A DNA stretch of 64,000 nt from NCBI GenBank assembly GCA_977017645.1, contig OZ360225.1, positions 204,042,001-204,106,000 on the forward strand. The letters are read 5' to 3'. Under the pieces are notes generated by a model that worked only from the letters and a program-made list of their open reading frames with translations, did not search any database and had not been told where the DNA came from. Position 1 is the stretch's first letter, and each line of letters starts with the position of its first letter. This DNA is from Torpedo marmorata. Its lineage: Eukaryota. A program made the translations under genes and the position numbers. This document shows, one piece after another, positions 1-12,306 of this stretch.

Positions 1-335
1 GACCTATATATTCCTACCAAAAAAAATACTAAACCCTCCCTACCCTGTAACCCTCTATTTTTCTTTCATACATGTGCCTGTCTAAGGGTCTCTTAAATGC
101 CCCAATGTTTCAGCATCCACCACCATCCTTGGCAAAGCATTCCAGGCACCCACAACTCTCTGTGTAAAAAATTACCCCTGATGTCTCCCCTAAACTTCCC
201 TCCCTTCACTTTGTACAGATGTCCTCTGGTGTTTGCTACTCCTGCCCTGGGAAAAAAGTGCTGAGGGTGCTGTCTACTTTATCTATGCCTCTCTTAATGC
301 CTCTATTAAGTTACCTTTCATCCTTCTTCGCTCAA
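1..335 (-). mobile_element. CR1 LINE 3' fragment
   Basis: Reverse complement of the CR1 3' end also seen at 16425-16680 and 43150-43440. Confidence 0.7.
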
Positions 336-904
336 TGTGAAGGCAAAAGCTTGACCCACATCAGAGGGCTCAAAGTGCATGCTTTTATTCACACCTGCAT
401 TATAAAGGGGTTCAATGGCCATTTGCTGAAGGTAGTTTTGTCACCCATACACTCAAATAATAGTGCAGCACTTACATGGAACCAAGGGGCTTTCTGGTAC
501 ACAAGAACATCACAATATAAGAAGTATGGGCAGAATTAGGCCATCCAGCCCATTAACACCAATTTGCCTTTCATTAAAATCGTGCTTGAGCTCCAACCTC
601 AACATTAGCCCCAAAGCCGTTGATGTCCTTAATGCCCAGGATCTGCTCTCTGTTCTGTATGACTGAGCTTCCACAGTTCTCCATGAAAAGGAATTCAAAA
701 GGTCATCCTCTTGAGTCATCATCTCAGTATTTCTGAAACTGTGCAGCCAGGTGCCTGAATAAAAAGGTGGGGGGGGAGGGGGGAGAGGAGAGGAGGGGAG
801 GGGAGGTGTGTAGTGTTAGTGGGCATGGTTTACAATCGCGTGATTGTGGCACGTGTGGCTGTGTTGCGGGCAGTGGGATTAGCGGAGCGTAAGAGTGATC
901 CAGG

Positions 905-1215
905 TCTCCGCCCATCCGAACTCCCGACGCCCTGGCCGCCCGCCCATCCGAACTCCCGACGCCCCGGCCGCCTGCCCTCTAGAGCTCCCGATGCTCCAGC
1001 TGTCTGTCCATCCAAGCTCCCAACACCCCAGCTGCCTGTCCATCCGAGCTCCCGATGCCCCAGCCTCATGCCCACTTAAGCTCCCAACATCCCGACCACA
1101 AACTCTCACCTAGGCCCCGGCTGCCTGCCCACCCATCGAAGTTCCCGACGTCTCAAACACGGACTTACTGCCCGGTCCCGGCTAGTCACCCATCAGAACT
1201 CCTGATGCCTCGTAC
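905..1215. repeat. Degenerate ~27-bp GC-rich tandem repeat, probably inside a pogo-type MITE remnant ending near 1322
   Basis: Repeated cccatccgaactcccgacgccccggc(c/t)g units; pogo-like terminus at ~1300-1322; no left TIR found. Confidence 0.55.
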
Positions 1216-1386
1216 GACTCAGGTACTTACCGCGGTCAAAAGTTGTATGTGTGTAATAATCGACCACCTAAATTTTACCCTAAAAATTGGTCGACAAAAT
1301 TCGACTATTATATGAGTATACAGTGTTCATTTTGATTATTGAAACCAATACAAATTAGCAGTTTAATAACTACATACATGAATAAA

Positions 1387-1640
1387 TTTAAATTTAGACA
1401 TACAGCACGGTAACAGGCCATTTCGGCCCCACAAGTCCGTGCTGCCAAATTACACCCAATTAACCTACACCCCCAGTACGTTTCGAACGGTGAGAGGAAA
1501 CCGGAGCCCCCGGGGAAAATCCACGCAGACCTGGGGAGAACGTACAAACTCCTTACAGACAGCGCGGGATTCAAACACAGGTCCTGATCGCTGGTGCTGT
1601 AAAGGCGTTGCGATAACTGCTACGCTAACCGTGCCGCCCG
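1387..1640 (-). mobile_element. tRNA-derived V-SINE (HE1-like) with CR1-like tail
   Basis: Minus strand reads gggcggcacggttagcgtagc (A box), tttgaatccc (B-box-like), the V-domain gtttgtacgttctcccc...ggtttcctc, then the tail ccgtgctgtatgtct; several other copies in the window. Confidence 0.85.
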
Positions 1641-1680
1641 AGTAAATATTATTACGTACATGTATTTCTTAAAACTTATA

Positions 1681-2013
1681 CAGGTAGTCCTCAACTTACG
1701 AGCATAATTGGGACCAAAGGGTTGGTCGTAACTCAGATTGGTCGTAAATTGGATTCACCCTACCGTGCATGTCTTAACGAGGTCTTAAAGCAATTTTTCA
1801 AAAACATTTTCAACAAATGAACCTTTAATGAAGAATCTCAACATATGTACTGTACAGTACCTTTAATAAAGATACTCATCATATGAACTTCAAGTAAATA
1901 CTGTAATAAAGAATCTCAACATACATACATACAGTACTTTTAATACAAAAAAAATTTTGGTCGTATGTGCGGGTGGACGTAGCTCACGTAGGTCGGAAGT
2001 CGAGGACTACCTG
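1681..2013. mobile_element. Tigger/pogo-type MITE
   Basis: 21-bp TIRs caggtagtcctcaacttacga / tcggaagtcgaggactacctg (2 mismatches); TA on both sides. Confidence 0.9.
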
Positions 2014-3910
2014 TATAAAACTTTTGTATCTAAATGTGCATGTAAGAGTAAAAACGTGTATGTAATATATTTTCATGTCTTGCGGCTCTCAAACATCTGA
2101 AGTGTATCATATGTGGCTCTTACGTTAAGCAAGTTGGGCCACCCCTGCACTAGATCATTGGCAGATTAACAACCAAGATGGTCGTGATTAGAACTGCAGG
2201 CTCAGAGTCATACAAATTGGAAACAGGCCTTTCAGTCCATCACATCACATACCCATTTGCACTAGTTCTATTTTATTCTCCCCCGGAGTCCACTGTACAC
2301 TCGGGCCAATGTACAGTGGCCAATCAACTGGCATGTCTTTGGGATGTGGGAGGAAACCAGAGCACACAGGGGAAACGTTATTCAATCACGGGGAGAACAT
2401 GCAAACTCCATTTGAGCATCACTAGGTGTCAGGATTGAGCCCAGATCACTGAATCTGTGCCACTTGACAATGTTAAGCCCACAGTGGGCATCAGATGATC
2501 TGGATGAAAATATGGGTAGGATGATTGGTAAATTTGCGACGACACAAAAATTGGTGGAGTTGTGGATAGAGTAAAAAGTTGTCCATGGCTGCAGCAGGAT
2601 ATAGAACTGAGAAATATGGGGGGAGAAATGGTAGGTGGCGTTTAACCCAAGCAAGTGTGAGGTGTGCACTTCGGGAAGTCAAGTGTGAGAGGATAGCATC
2701 CAGTCAATGGCAGGACTAGGTGCACTGATGTGCAGAGGGATGTTTGGAGCATTATATTGTGAGAGTGTGGCACCTTTGCAGGTACCATCATCCAGAGGCG
2801 TTGTTAAACCAAACAGTTGTGCACGCTCTCAACCAGACCCTATGCCCATTATGTAAAAGCAAGAAGTTGCCTTCAATGTCCTGGCCATTCTTTGTCCCTC
2901 AACCTTACCACATGAAAGCTGATAATCAGTGACATGTTTGTGGGAGACTTCTGTGTGAAATTTGCTCACTACACTGCAAGCATCACTGTATACCAAAAGT
3001 ACTTCACTGGTTTGGGAGATTCTGACAGCAACGGGAATTGCACCAAGGAAATGTAAGTCTTCCCCCTATACAGTGGGTGGACTCTTCCTTGGCCTAAAAC
3101 CTGGAATCTTTCCATCAGTTCCACATTCTTCCACAGATCTGGTTCGCCTGTGTGGAAGTGAATGCAACGCCAGCCAAGACTCTCGAATACATGGATCACC
3201 AAAGACCGAAATGGTGAATTACTCCCAACAGTGACCAGACTTCCTGATTCAGGCAAGAAAATACCTTGCAATGTTCCACTTCTTTAGTTTCTGAAGTGGA
3301 ACGTGTGCCTTGTAATATTTAGCACAGTTTAGCATGTCAGTGCATTGACAGCACCCTTTAATCTACATCAACACTTAATCCAAATTAAAGTGCTTAAAAT
3401 AATAGATATATTCAAAGGTCCAGAATGAATGGGAAGGTGGAATGAAAAGAGGGGTGAAATTTCTCTTTCAGCCAAATACAGAGAAGGTCTGTTTTCTCTG
3501 TAATTCATTGCTGCTGACCAAATCTTACAGTTTTGAGGTGTGGATATTGGAGAGTGTGCTCCCATTCGTGGGCTGGCAATTACAGAGAAAACAGTCACAT
3601 TTTTGTTTCCTATCGAAATGGTAATTTTTCTCAAAGCAAACCCTGAAACCAGACAGGCTGGGATTTCCGGTTTCTGCATTTAACTAGTTAGTAGTTCTTT
3701 CACAGTCTGTACCAGTCTCCTGGGTGTCCACAAAAAGAAAGAAAGCCTTGCATTTATATCACCTCCTCCATAACCCCTTTGAGGATGGCCAGTAGGTGTG
3801 TTTTAAAGTGCAGTTATCGCTGTGATGTAGAAAACATGGCAGCCAAAGTGGGCACTGCAAGCTCCCACAAATAGCAGTGTGCGACTGATAATCTGTACTT
3901 TGTGTACTTT

Positions 3911-4222
3911 GTATATCTGTCGTCGGGAAAATGTTTGAAGCCATCATTACAGAAGAAATAGCGAGGCATCTAGAGCGAGATGGATCCATCAGGCAGACGC
4001 AAAGTGGCGCTTGTATGACAAACTTACTGGAGTTCATTGAGGATATAACGAGCATGGTAGATAGAGGGGGGCAGATGGATGTTGTTTACTTGGATTTCCA
4101 GAAGGCGTTCGATAAGGTGCCGCATAAAAGAGATATAAATAAGTAAGAATACATAGAGTTGGGGGTGATGTATTAGCATGGATAGAGGATTGGTTAACCA
4201 ATAGAAAGCAGAGAATTGGGAT
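3911..4222 (+). mobile_element. CR1 ORF2 (RT) fragment, part 1 of an interrupted element
   Basis: Encodes CMTNLLEF and DVVYLDFQKAFDKVPH; the sequence resumes at ~10089. Confidence 0.85.
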
Positions 4223-4231
4223 ACAGGGCAC

Positions 4232-4494
4232 TGTGGTAAACCACTGTTATGTGTATTGTGGGCTGGGGATTAGTATGGGCATGTCCTGCTGTCTGTCCCG
4301 GTGGCTCCTCCCCTTTTCCTGGCTGTCCCGGTAACCCCTCCCCCTTCCTCCCCCGAATAAAGGCCCTTGTGCCACTGCTCCGCCCTCAGTCCGGGATAGA
4401 TCAGCAGGTCAACTGTAGCTTCCTTTATAGATAATAAAAGCCGACTGTTCGTGTTCTACTCACCGTCTATTGAGTATTATTGATAGGCCTATCA
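4232..4494 (+). repeat. 5' LTR
   Basis: tgtggtaaac...ggcctatca; matches 8534-8796; AATAAA at 4433-4438. Confidence 0.97.
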
Positions 4495-4517
4495 ATTTTA
4501 TTATCTATAAAAATCTG

Positions 4518-7500
4518 ATGGAGAGCGTCCTGACACCGGACAGGTTGGACATCAATCCTCTAGCTCCAGACGCCGGTAACGCTTTCGAACACTGGCTGCG
4601 TTGTTTCGAGTCCTTCTTAAGGACAATCAAGGTGGAAAGCGAGGATGAAAAACAGACGGTCCTCGTGTCCAGGGTAAGCCCTCGGGTATATTCGACGATT
4701 CTGGATTGCCAAACGTACGTGGAGGCTATGGACTCCTTGAAAAGAATATATATAACGCCCGTGAACGCGGTCTACGCGAGGCACAGGCTATCAACGCGGC
4801 ATCAGCGGCCCGGGGAGTCAATCATCGAGTTTGTCCGAGACATACAGTTGCTGGTGCGGGCGTGCGACTGCAAGACGCTGACGGCAGAGGAACATGCGGA
4901 ACTGCTGGGGAGAGATACGTTCGTCATGGGGATCAGGTCGGTATACGTGCGCCAGCGGCTGCTGGAGCACGCCGACCTGACCCTCCGTACCGCGGTTGCA
5001 ATGGCCCACATGCTGGAGGCCGCGCTGCGGAACTCTGATGCCATGCAGGCGCGCGACCTCCAGCCGGCCTCGTGGTCAGCCCCGTCCCCCAACCCTGCCA
5101 GCGATCTGACCGCCGCCGCCGTCTGCCGCGACCCGATCGCCGCCGCCACCATCCGCGAACTCACCACCGCAGCCGTTAACCGCGAGCCCGAGAAATGCTA
5201 TTTCTGCGGGCTCGAGAAGCACCCACGCAAACGCTGCCCGGCCCGAGACGCGACCTGCTCCAGCTGCGGCAAGAAAGGCCATTATGCAATGGCCTGCCGC
5301 TCTAAGCCGCGAGCGAGTCTGAGCAGCGCCGCGTGCGAGATATGGGAGCGGCCATCTTACCTTCCGTCACTTCCGGCGTCATATTCTCCCATGGTTGCCA
5401 CCTCGTGCGAGGAGTGGAGGCGGCCATCTTTGACACTGGCACTTCCGGCGCCGCCATCTTACAGCTCCACATCATCACTTCCGGCACTTCCGTCGCCGCC
5501 ATCTTGCAGCTCCAGCCGTGACACGTGCGACTCACGGGGGCGGCCATCTTCTTCAGCGCCGGATCAAGATTACGTCCCGACCCTAGCATCCGTCACCCTC
5601 GACCAGAGTGCGCCCCACCAGCTGTCCCGATCCATGATGGACATCCTGGTGGAGGGGCACAAGACCACCTGCCTGTTCGATACAGGCAGCACAGAGAGCT
5701 TCATACACCCGGACACAGTACAGCGCTGTGGCCTAACTACCGAACCGATGGCCATGGCGTCCGGGTCGCACACAACGGACATCCGGGGGGCTTGTGTGGC
5801 GAACATTGTAGTACAGGGAACAGAATATCGGCATTTTTCGTTATTTGTTATGCCTCGTTTGTGTGCGCCGGTATTACTGGGTCTTGACTTCCAGAGTCAC
5901 TTACGAAGTGTCACGATGCGCTACGACGGCCCCCACCCTGCAATCACGGTAGCTAACCACCAGTTCCTTGACAACACGCCTCAGACTACCTGTGGCCTCT
6001 CCACACTTAAGGTATCGCCCCCGTCGCTATTCGCCAACCTGACCCCTGACTGTAAGCCCGTGGCAACTAAGAGCAGGCGATACAGTGCAGGGGACAGAGC
6101 GTTTATCAAGGCGGAGGTGAAGCGACTGTTGCAGGAGGGGATCATCGAGCCAAGTAATAGCCCCTGGAGAGCCCAGGTAGTCGTGGTAAAGGGGGCCAAG
6201 AGCAGGATGGTGGTGGACTATAGTCAGACAATTAACCGATTCACACAACTGGACGCATACCCGCTACCACGAATAGCGGATATGGTGAATCAAATAGCCC
6301 AGTATAGGCTATTTTCCACTATAGACCTGAAGTCAGCGTACCACCAGCTCCCTATCGGTCGGGAGGACCGCACGTACACCGCTTTCGAGGCAGATGGCAG
6401 GCTGTTCCATTTCCTGCGTGTTCCCTTCGGGGTCACAAATGGGGTGTCCGTATTCCAGCGGGAGATGGACAGAATAGTCGATCAATTTAAACTTAAAGCC
6501 ACCTTCCCATACCTGGACGACATCACCATATGTGGTCATGATCGCCAGGATCATGATAACAACCTTCGGAGGTTCCTGCAGGCGGCCAAGGCGCTAAACC
6601 TCACGTATAACAAAGATAAATGCGTGTTCGGGACCACCCGACTCGCTATTCTGGGGTGCGTCGTCGAGAACGGGGTTATTGGACCCGACCCCGACCGTAT
6701 GCGGCCCCTGCTGGAACTTCCGCTTCCCCACACCCCCAAAGCCCTTAAACGATGCCTCGGGTTCTTCTCGTACTATGCGCAGTGGGTCCCTAATTACGCC
6801 GATAAAGCCCGACCCCTTGTCGTCCACCACGTTTCCCCTCCCATCGGAGGCACGTAAGGCTTTTGACCTTATAAAAGGGGACATTGCCCGAGCAACAATG
6901 CACGCGGTGGATGAATCAACATCTTTCCAGGTGGAGAGTGACGCATCGGACTTCGCGCTGGCTGCTACCCTCAACCAGGCGGGAAGACCGGTGGCGTTCT
7001 TCTCACGGACCCTCCAAGGCCCCGAAATTCGGCACTCCGCGGTTGAGAAAGAGGCCCAGGCCATAGTGGAGGCTATTAGGCACTGGAGGCACTATCTCGC
7101 CGGTAAGCATTTTACCCTACTGACAGACCAACGCTCTGTTGCGTTTATGTTCAACACCCAGCAGCGGGGTAAGATCAAAAACGATAAGATCATGAGGTGG
7201 AGAATAGAGCTCTCCACCTACAATTACGATATCCTGTACCGGCCCGGGAAGCTCAATGAGCCCTCCGATGCTCTATCCCGGGGATAGTGCGCCAGCGCGC
7301 AGATCGACTGACTGTACTCCCTCCACTGTGACCTCTGCCACCCAGGAGTTACCAGGCTGTTCCACTTCGTGAAAGCCAGGAACCTGCCCTACTCCCTGGA
7401 AGAGGTCAGGACAATGACCAGCAGTTGTCGGGTCTGCGCGGAGTGCAAACCCCAGTTCTACCGCCCCGACAAGGCACAGCTGGTCAAAGCCACCCGCCCT

Positions 7501-8421
7501 TTCGAACGACTCAGCATCGATTTCAAGGGCCCCCTCCCCTCCACGGACCGCAATGTGTATTTCCTCAATATCATTGATGAGTACTAGCGGTTCCCCTTTG
7601 CCATTCCCTGCCCCGATACTTCGGCCACCTCTGCCATTAAAGCTCTTCGCCAGGTATTTACGCTATTCGGCTTCCCCAGCTATATACATAGCGACCGGGG
7701 ATCAGCTTTTATGAGCGAAGAGCTGCGACAGTACCTGCAGGCCCAGGGCATCGCCACTAGTAGGACCACGGGGTACAACCCACGGGGAAACGGACAAGTG
7801 GAAAGGGAGAACGCCACTGTCTGGAAGGCCGTGCACTTGGCACTCAAGTCCAAGGGACTGCCGGTCTCCTGCTGGCAAGAGGTCCTCCCCGAAGCTCTCC
7901 ACTCTATCCGGTCCCTGCTGTGCACGTCCACAAACTCAACCCCTCACGAACGACTTTTCTCCTTCCCCAGGAAGTCGACCACCGGAACCACCCTCCCTGC
8001 CTGGCTGACGTCCCCGGGACCTGTGCTGCTCCGCAAGCACCTTCGGAGCAGCAAATACGAACCTATGGTCCAGAGGGTGCAGTTAGCCCACGCTAACCCT
8101 CAATACGCCTACGTGGTCTTCCCTGATGGGCGGGAAGACACCGTTTCAATTCGCGACCTGGCGCCCGCAGGAGCGCCGGGAGAAGCCCTCGACATCGAAG
8201 ACCACTTGTCGCAGCCCCTCCCCACCCCCCCCAGCACGTCAGCCCCAGCACCCTCGCCGGTGCCGAATGTGCCGCAAGAAGCCAGGCAGGAGGCAACTCT
8301 GCAGAGAACTAGGCAGGAGACAACCCTGCCATCTCCCCCATCACCACAACCCGCCCCGTCACCGCGGGTACTGCGCAGGTCGCAGCGGCGGATCAGACCG
8401 CCTGATCGGCTCGAACTGTAA
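4518..8421 (+). pseudogene. gag-pol polyprotein (Gag zinc knuckles, aspartic protease, RT, RNase H, integrase), disrupted
   Basis: CYFCGLEKH..C and CSSCGKKGH..C; LFDTGS; YLDD; ESDASD and LTDQ; SIDFKG and HSDRG. Frameshift near 6820; in-frame stops at ~7285, ~7308 and ~7585. Confidence 0.92.
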
Positions 8422-8517
8422 ATGTGAATGTATATATCTGTTTATATCTTCAGTTTTTTTTGCATTTGTATCTTGTAAAATAATCACAGTGGCCACGTCA
8501 CCCTGTTGGACTCTTTT

Positions 8518-8530
8518 AAAAAGGAGGGGT
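8518..8530 (+). promoter_or_regulatory. Polypurine tract
   Basis: aaaaaggagggg just upstream of the 3' LTR. Confidence 0.85.
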
Positions 8531-8533
8531 GAA

Positions 8534-8796
8534 TGTGGTAAACCACTGTTATGTGTATTGTGGGCTAGGGATTAGTATGGGCATGTCCTGCTGTCTGTTC
8601 CGGTGGCTCCTCCCCTTTTCCTGGCTGTCCCGGTAACCCCTCCCCCTTCCTCCCCCGAATAAAGGCCCTTGTGCCACTGCTCCGCCCTCAGTCCGGGATA
8701 GATCAACAGGTCAACTGTAGCTTCCTTTATAGATAATAAAAGCCGACTGTTCGTGTTCTACTCACCGTCTATTGAGTATTATTGATAGGCCTATCA
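8534..8796 (+). repeat. 3' LTR
   Basis: 263 bp; 260/263 identical to the 5' LTR by manual comparison. Confidence 0.97.
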
Positions 8797-10088
8797 GGCA
8801 CTAACTTCTACTGTGATGAAATGCTTTGAGAGGCTGGTCATGGCCAGAATTAACACGTACCTATGCAAAGATCTGGACCCACTGCAATTCGCCTATCGTC
8901 ACAATCGCAGATGCAATATCGCTGGCTCTCCACTCAGCTCTGGATCACCTCGAAAACAACAATTCATACATACGGCTGCTCTTCATCGACTACAGCTCGG
9001 CCTTCAATAACATTATTCCCTCAGTGCTGGTCAAGAAGCTACAAACTCTAGGCCTCTGTACCCAACTCTGCAACTGGATCCTTGACTTTCTCATCGGAAG
9101 ACCACAGTCAAAATGAATAGGAAACAACGTCTCCTCCTCACTGATTATCAACACAGGCGCACCCCAAGGATGCGTGCTTAGCCCACTGCTCTACTTGTTA
9201 TACACCCATGACTATGTGGCCAGGCACAATTCCAATGCCATCTACAAGTTTGCCGATGACACCACAGTTGTCGACAGAATCACAAATAGCAATGAGGAAG
9301 CGTACAGGAGGGAGATAGATCAGCTCGTTGAATGGTGTAATGACAACAACCTTGCGCTCAACGTTAGCAAAACCAAGGAGATGATTGTGGACTTCAGGAG
9401 GAAGTCAGGGGAACATGACCCAGTCCTCATCGAGGGCTCAGTAGTGGAGAGAGTCAAGAACTTCAAATTCCTGGGTGTCAACATCTCCGAGGATCTGTCC
9501 TGGAGCCTCCACATTGATGCAATCACAAAGAAGGCTCGCCAGCGGCTATACATTTTGAGGTGTCTGAGGAGATTCGGTATGTCACCGAAGACTCTCGTAA
9601 ACTTCTATACGTGTACCGTGGAGAGCATTCTGGCTGGTTGCATCACTGCCTGGTATGGAGGCACCAACTCCCAGGACAAGAGTAAACTCCAGAGGGTTGT
9701 TAACTCGGCCTGTGACATCACAGGCACCAGGCTTCACTCCATCGAGGACATCTACATGAGGCGGTGTCTTAAAAAAACAGCCTCTGTCCTCAAAGATCCC
9801 CACCACCCAGGCCATGCCTTTTCACTCTACTACCATCGGGAAAAAGGTACAGGAGCCTAAAGACGAGCACTCAATGGCACAAGGACAGCTTCTTCCACGC
9901 TGCCATCAGATTCCTGAATAATCAATGAACCAAAGACACTGCCTTACTTTTCGTGCACTATTATTTATATGTTTTTATAGTAATGTCGTAAGATGGTTAT
10001 AATTTGAATGTCTGCACTATGATGCTGCCGCAAAAACATCGAATTTCATGACTTGTTCATGACAATAAATTCTGATTCTGATTCTGAT
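8797..10088 (+). mobile_element. Rex1/Babar-type LINE, 5'-truncated
   Basis: [30 protein letters not shown] and KFADD motifs; 3' end aataaa(ttctga)n. Confidence 0.88.
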
Positions 10089-11790
10089 TTTTCTAGTTGG
10101 CAATCAGTGGTGAGCGGGGTGCTGCAGGGGTTGGCGCAGGGCCCGCAGCTGTTCACGATATACATTAACGATCTGGAAGAGAGGACTGTGTGTAGTGTAT
10201 CGAAGTTTGCTGATTACACTAAATTGAGTAGAAAAGCAAACTGAGCAGAGGATACCTGAGAGTCTGCAGAGAGATATAGATAGGTTAAGTGAGTGGGCAA
10301 CAGTCTGGCAGATGGAATGCAATGTTGGTAAATGTGAGGATATCCACTTTGGAAGGAAAAATGGAAGATCAGATTATTATTTAAATGGAAAGCGATCGCA
10401 GCATGCTGCCATGCAGAAAAAATTGGGAGTGCTTGTGCATGAATCACAAAAGGTTGGTTTGCAGGTGCAGCAGGCTATCAAGAAGGCAAATGGAATGTTG
10501 GCCTTCATTGCTGGAGGGATTGAATTTAGGAGCAGGGAAGTTATTCTGCAACTGTACAGGGTACTAGTGAGGCCTGTTACAAAATCAAACCAGCAACGAC
10601 AGAAGACGCAATGCAAAAGGGGTAAAATTGAAATTTATATTTATTAAACACAATTAAACATATAATTTCACAACAATTAACCCCACTATAAACGTCTATA
10701 AACACTATTCTTATCTAAAAGGTGTGTGTGTGTGTGTGTGTGTGTGTAAAGCCCAGACCATTACAGTCTGTGCCCAACCCTTATGTAAAAATGGAAAAAC
10801 TTTCCCCAAAAAACCCCAGGTCAGTCATAAAAAACAAGTCAGTCAAAAAAAAGAATAATACAGTCCACAAAATTCACTCTCTAAGTTCAGGTTTCAAATT
10901 CAGCTCTGTGTCTGGTAGAAGTACTTTTCAATGAACGTTGGAGAGAGACAATGACTGTTTATGCTTACAAATACTTGTTTTTCTTCTCTGATGACATTCT
11001 CTTCTTGTATTTTCATAAGGATTGCGAGTTCAGATCAGTATACCACTGATTAAGGCGTGTGCTTGGATCTCACAGCTAGTCTCGCTGATCTCACGCCTGT
11101 TCTCCACAGAAGTTGCTTTACCTCAGAATTTCTCTGAGACAGGAGGCCATGTGCTATCCTGCCAGTCTTTTCTCTGGGATGCACAAGCCTGGATTTGGCT
11201 GTGTTCTCTCTAGCCTTTGCAACTCCCAACTGTCTGCTTTTTGCAGAGGTCTGCACCTGCTTTTGCAAAAGTGCAACATCTGGCGTACAGAGTGCAGTTC
11301 TGGTCTCCTTACTTGAGGAAGGATGTACTGGCTTTGGAGGCGGTTCAGAGGAGGTTCACCAGGTTGATTCCAGAGATGAGGGAGCTAGCCTATGAGGAGA
11401 GATTGAGTTGTCTGGGACTGGACTCGCTAGAATTTAGAAGAATGAGCGGGGATCTGATAGAAATGTATAAAATTATGAAAGGCACAGATAAGATAGAGGT
11501 AGGTAAGTTGTTTCCATTGGGTGGGGGAGACTAGAACTAAGGGACATAGCCTCAAGATTCAGAGTAGTAGATTTAGGACGGAGATGAGGAGGAACTGCTT
11601 TCCCCAGAGGGTGGTGAATCTGTGGAATTTGCTGCCCATTGAAGCAGTGGAGGCGATCTCAGTAAATATATTTAAGCCAAGGTTGGATAGATTTTTACAT
11701 AGTTGGGGAAACAGCCATGATCTCATTGAATGTCATAGCAGGCTTGACGGGCTGGATGGCCTACTCCTGCTCCCATTTCTTATGTGTCAG
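10089..11790 (+). mobile_element. CR1 ORF2 and 3' UTR, parts 2-3 (interrupted at 10575-11278)
   Basis: SGVLQG, KFADYTK, VQFWSPYLRKD and VQRRFTR motifs; CR1 3' hairpin/tail near 11750-11790. Confidence 0.85.
10575..11278 (-). mobile_element. Putative solo LTR-like insertion
   Basis: Splits the CR1 motif gtgaggcc|acatctgg; ends tgttac...gcaaca; AATAAA on the minus strand near 10640; no clear TSD. Confidence 0.5.
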
Positions 11791-12306
11791 TAGAGAGATA
11801 AAGGTTAGTCAGCATATCGGGAAGGACTTGCTGCTTCTCTTTGAGCTCGCCTGGTGGAATCATCCATTGAAGATTCCAGAGAGCACCTCAATATAACATC
11901 TCATTCGAAGGATGGCACCCCTATCTGTGCAGTCCTCCTTCAGTGCTCCCCTGAAGCCTCAGCCTAAATTATTCCACTCGAGACTCTGGAGTGGGGCTCA
12001 AACCCTTAATTTTCAACTCGGAAGAAAATGTTCTACCCACCTCCTTCTTGATTACGCTGGTGGCAGCTGTTTCTGTGTAGACGTTCACTCACAGGAAACG
12101 GACGTCTCGAAATTTAAGGCCACTAATTAGCTTGCTCAGTCCCTTCCACAGGCAGTTAAGACAACCACAAAGGCCAGACAATAACGGACAGCAGATATTT
12201 TTTTCTTGTTTCCTTATTTATGCATAGAGCACGTTCTTGCCAAGGCCCACATTTACATCCCATCCCCTAAGTTTAAATTTATTTTTTAATTAAAACGTCT
12301 TTTTAA

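Larger units (their letters stand above)
4232..8796 (+). mobile_element. Full-length Ty3/Gypsy LTR retrotransposon (Mag-like, two CCHC knuckles, no chromodomain)
   Basis: Two 263-bp TG...CA LTRs with 3 substitutions, 5-bp TSD GGCAC (4227-4231 and 8797-8801), PPT before the 3' LTR, gag-PR-RT-RH-IN order. Confidence 0.97.

Noticed and set aside
1560-1640. tRNA gene
   Set aside because: The A/B boxes are the head of a multi-copy SINE and run into a V-domain and LINE tail; I saw no complete cloverleaf.
2962-3271. Possible host exons (gtaagt donor near 3054, ttccacag acceptor near 3137)
   Set aside because: No recognisable protein in any frame; splice-like motifs alone are insufficient.
8126-8575. 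env-like or extra ORF in the Gypsy element
   Set aside because: It overlaps the integrase tail in another frame, runs into the LTR, and lacks a signal peptide or fusion-protein features.
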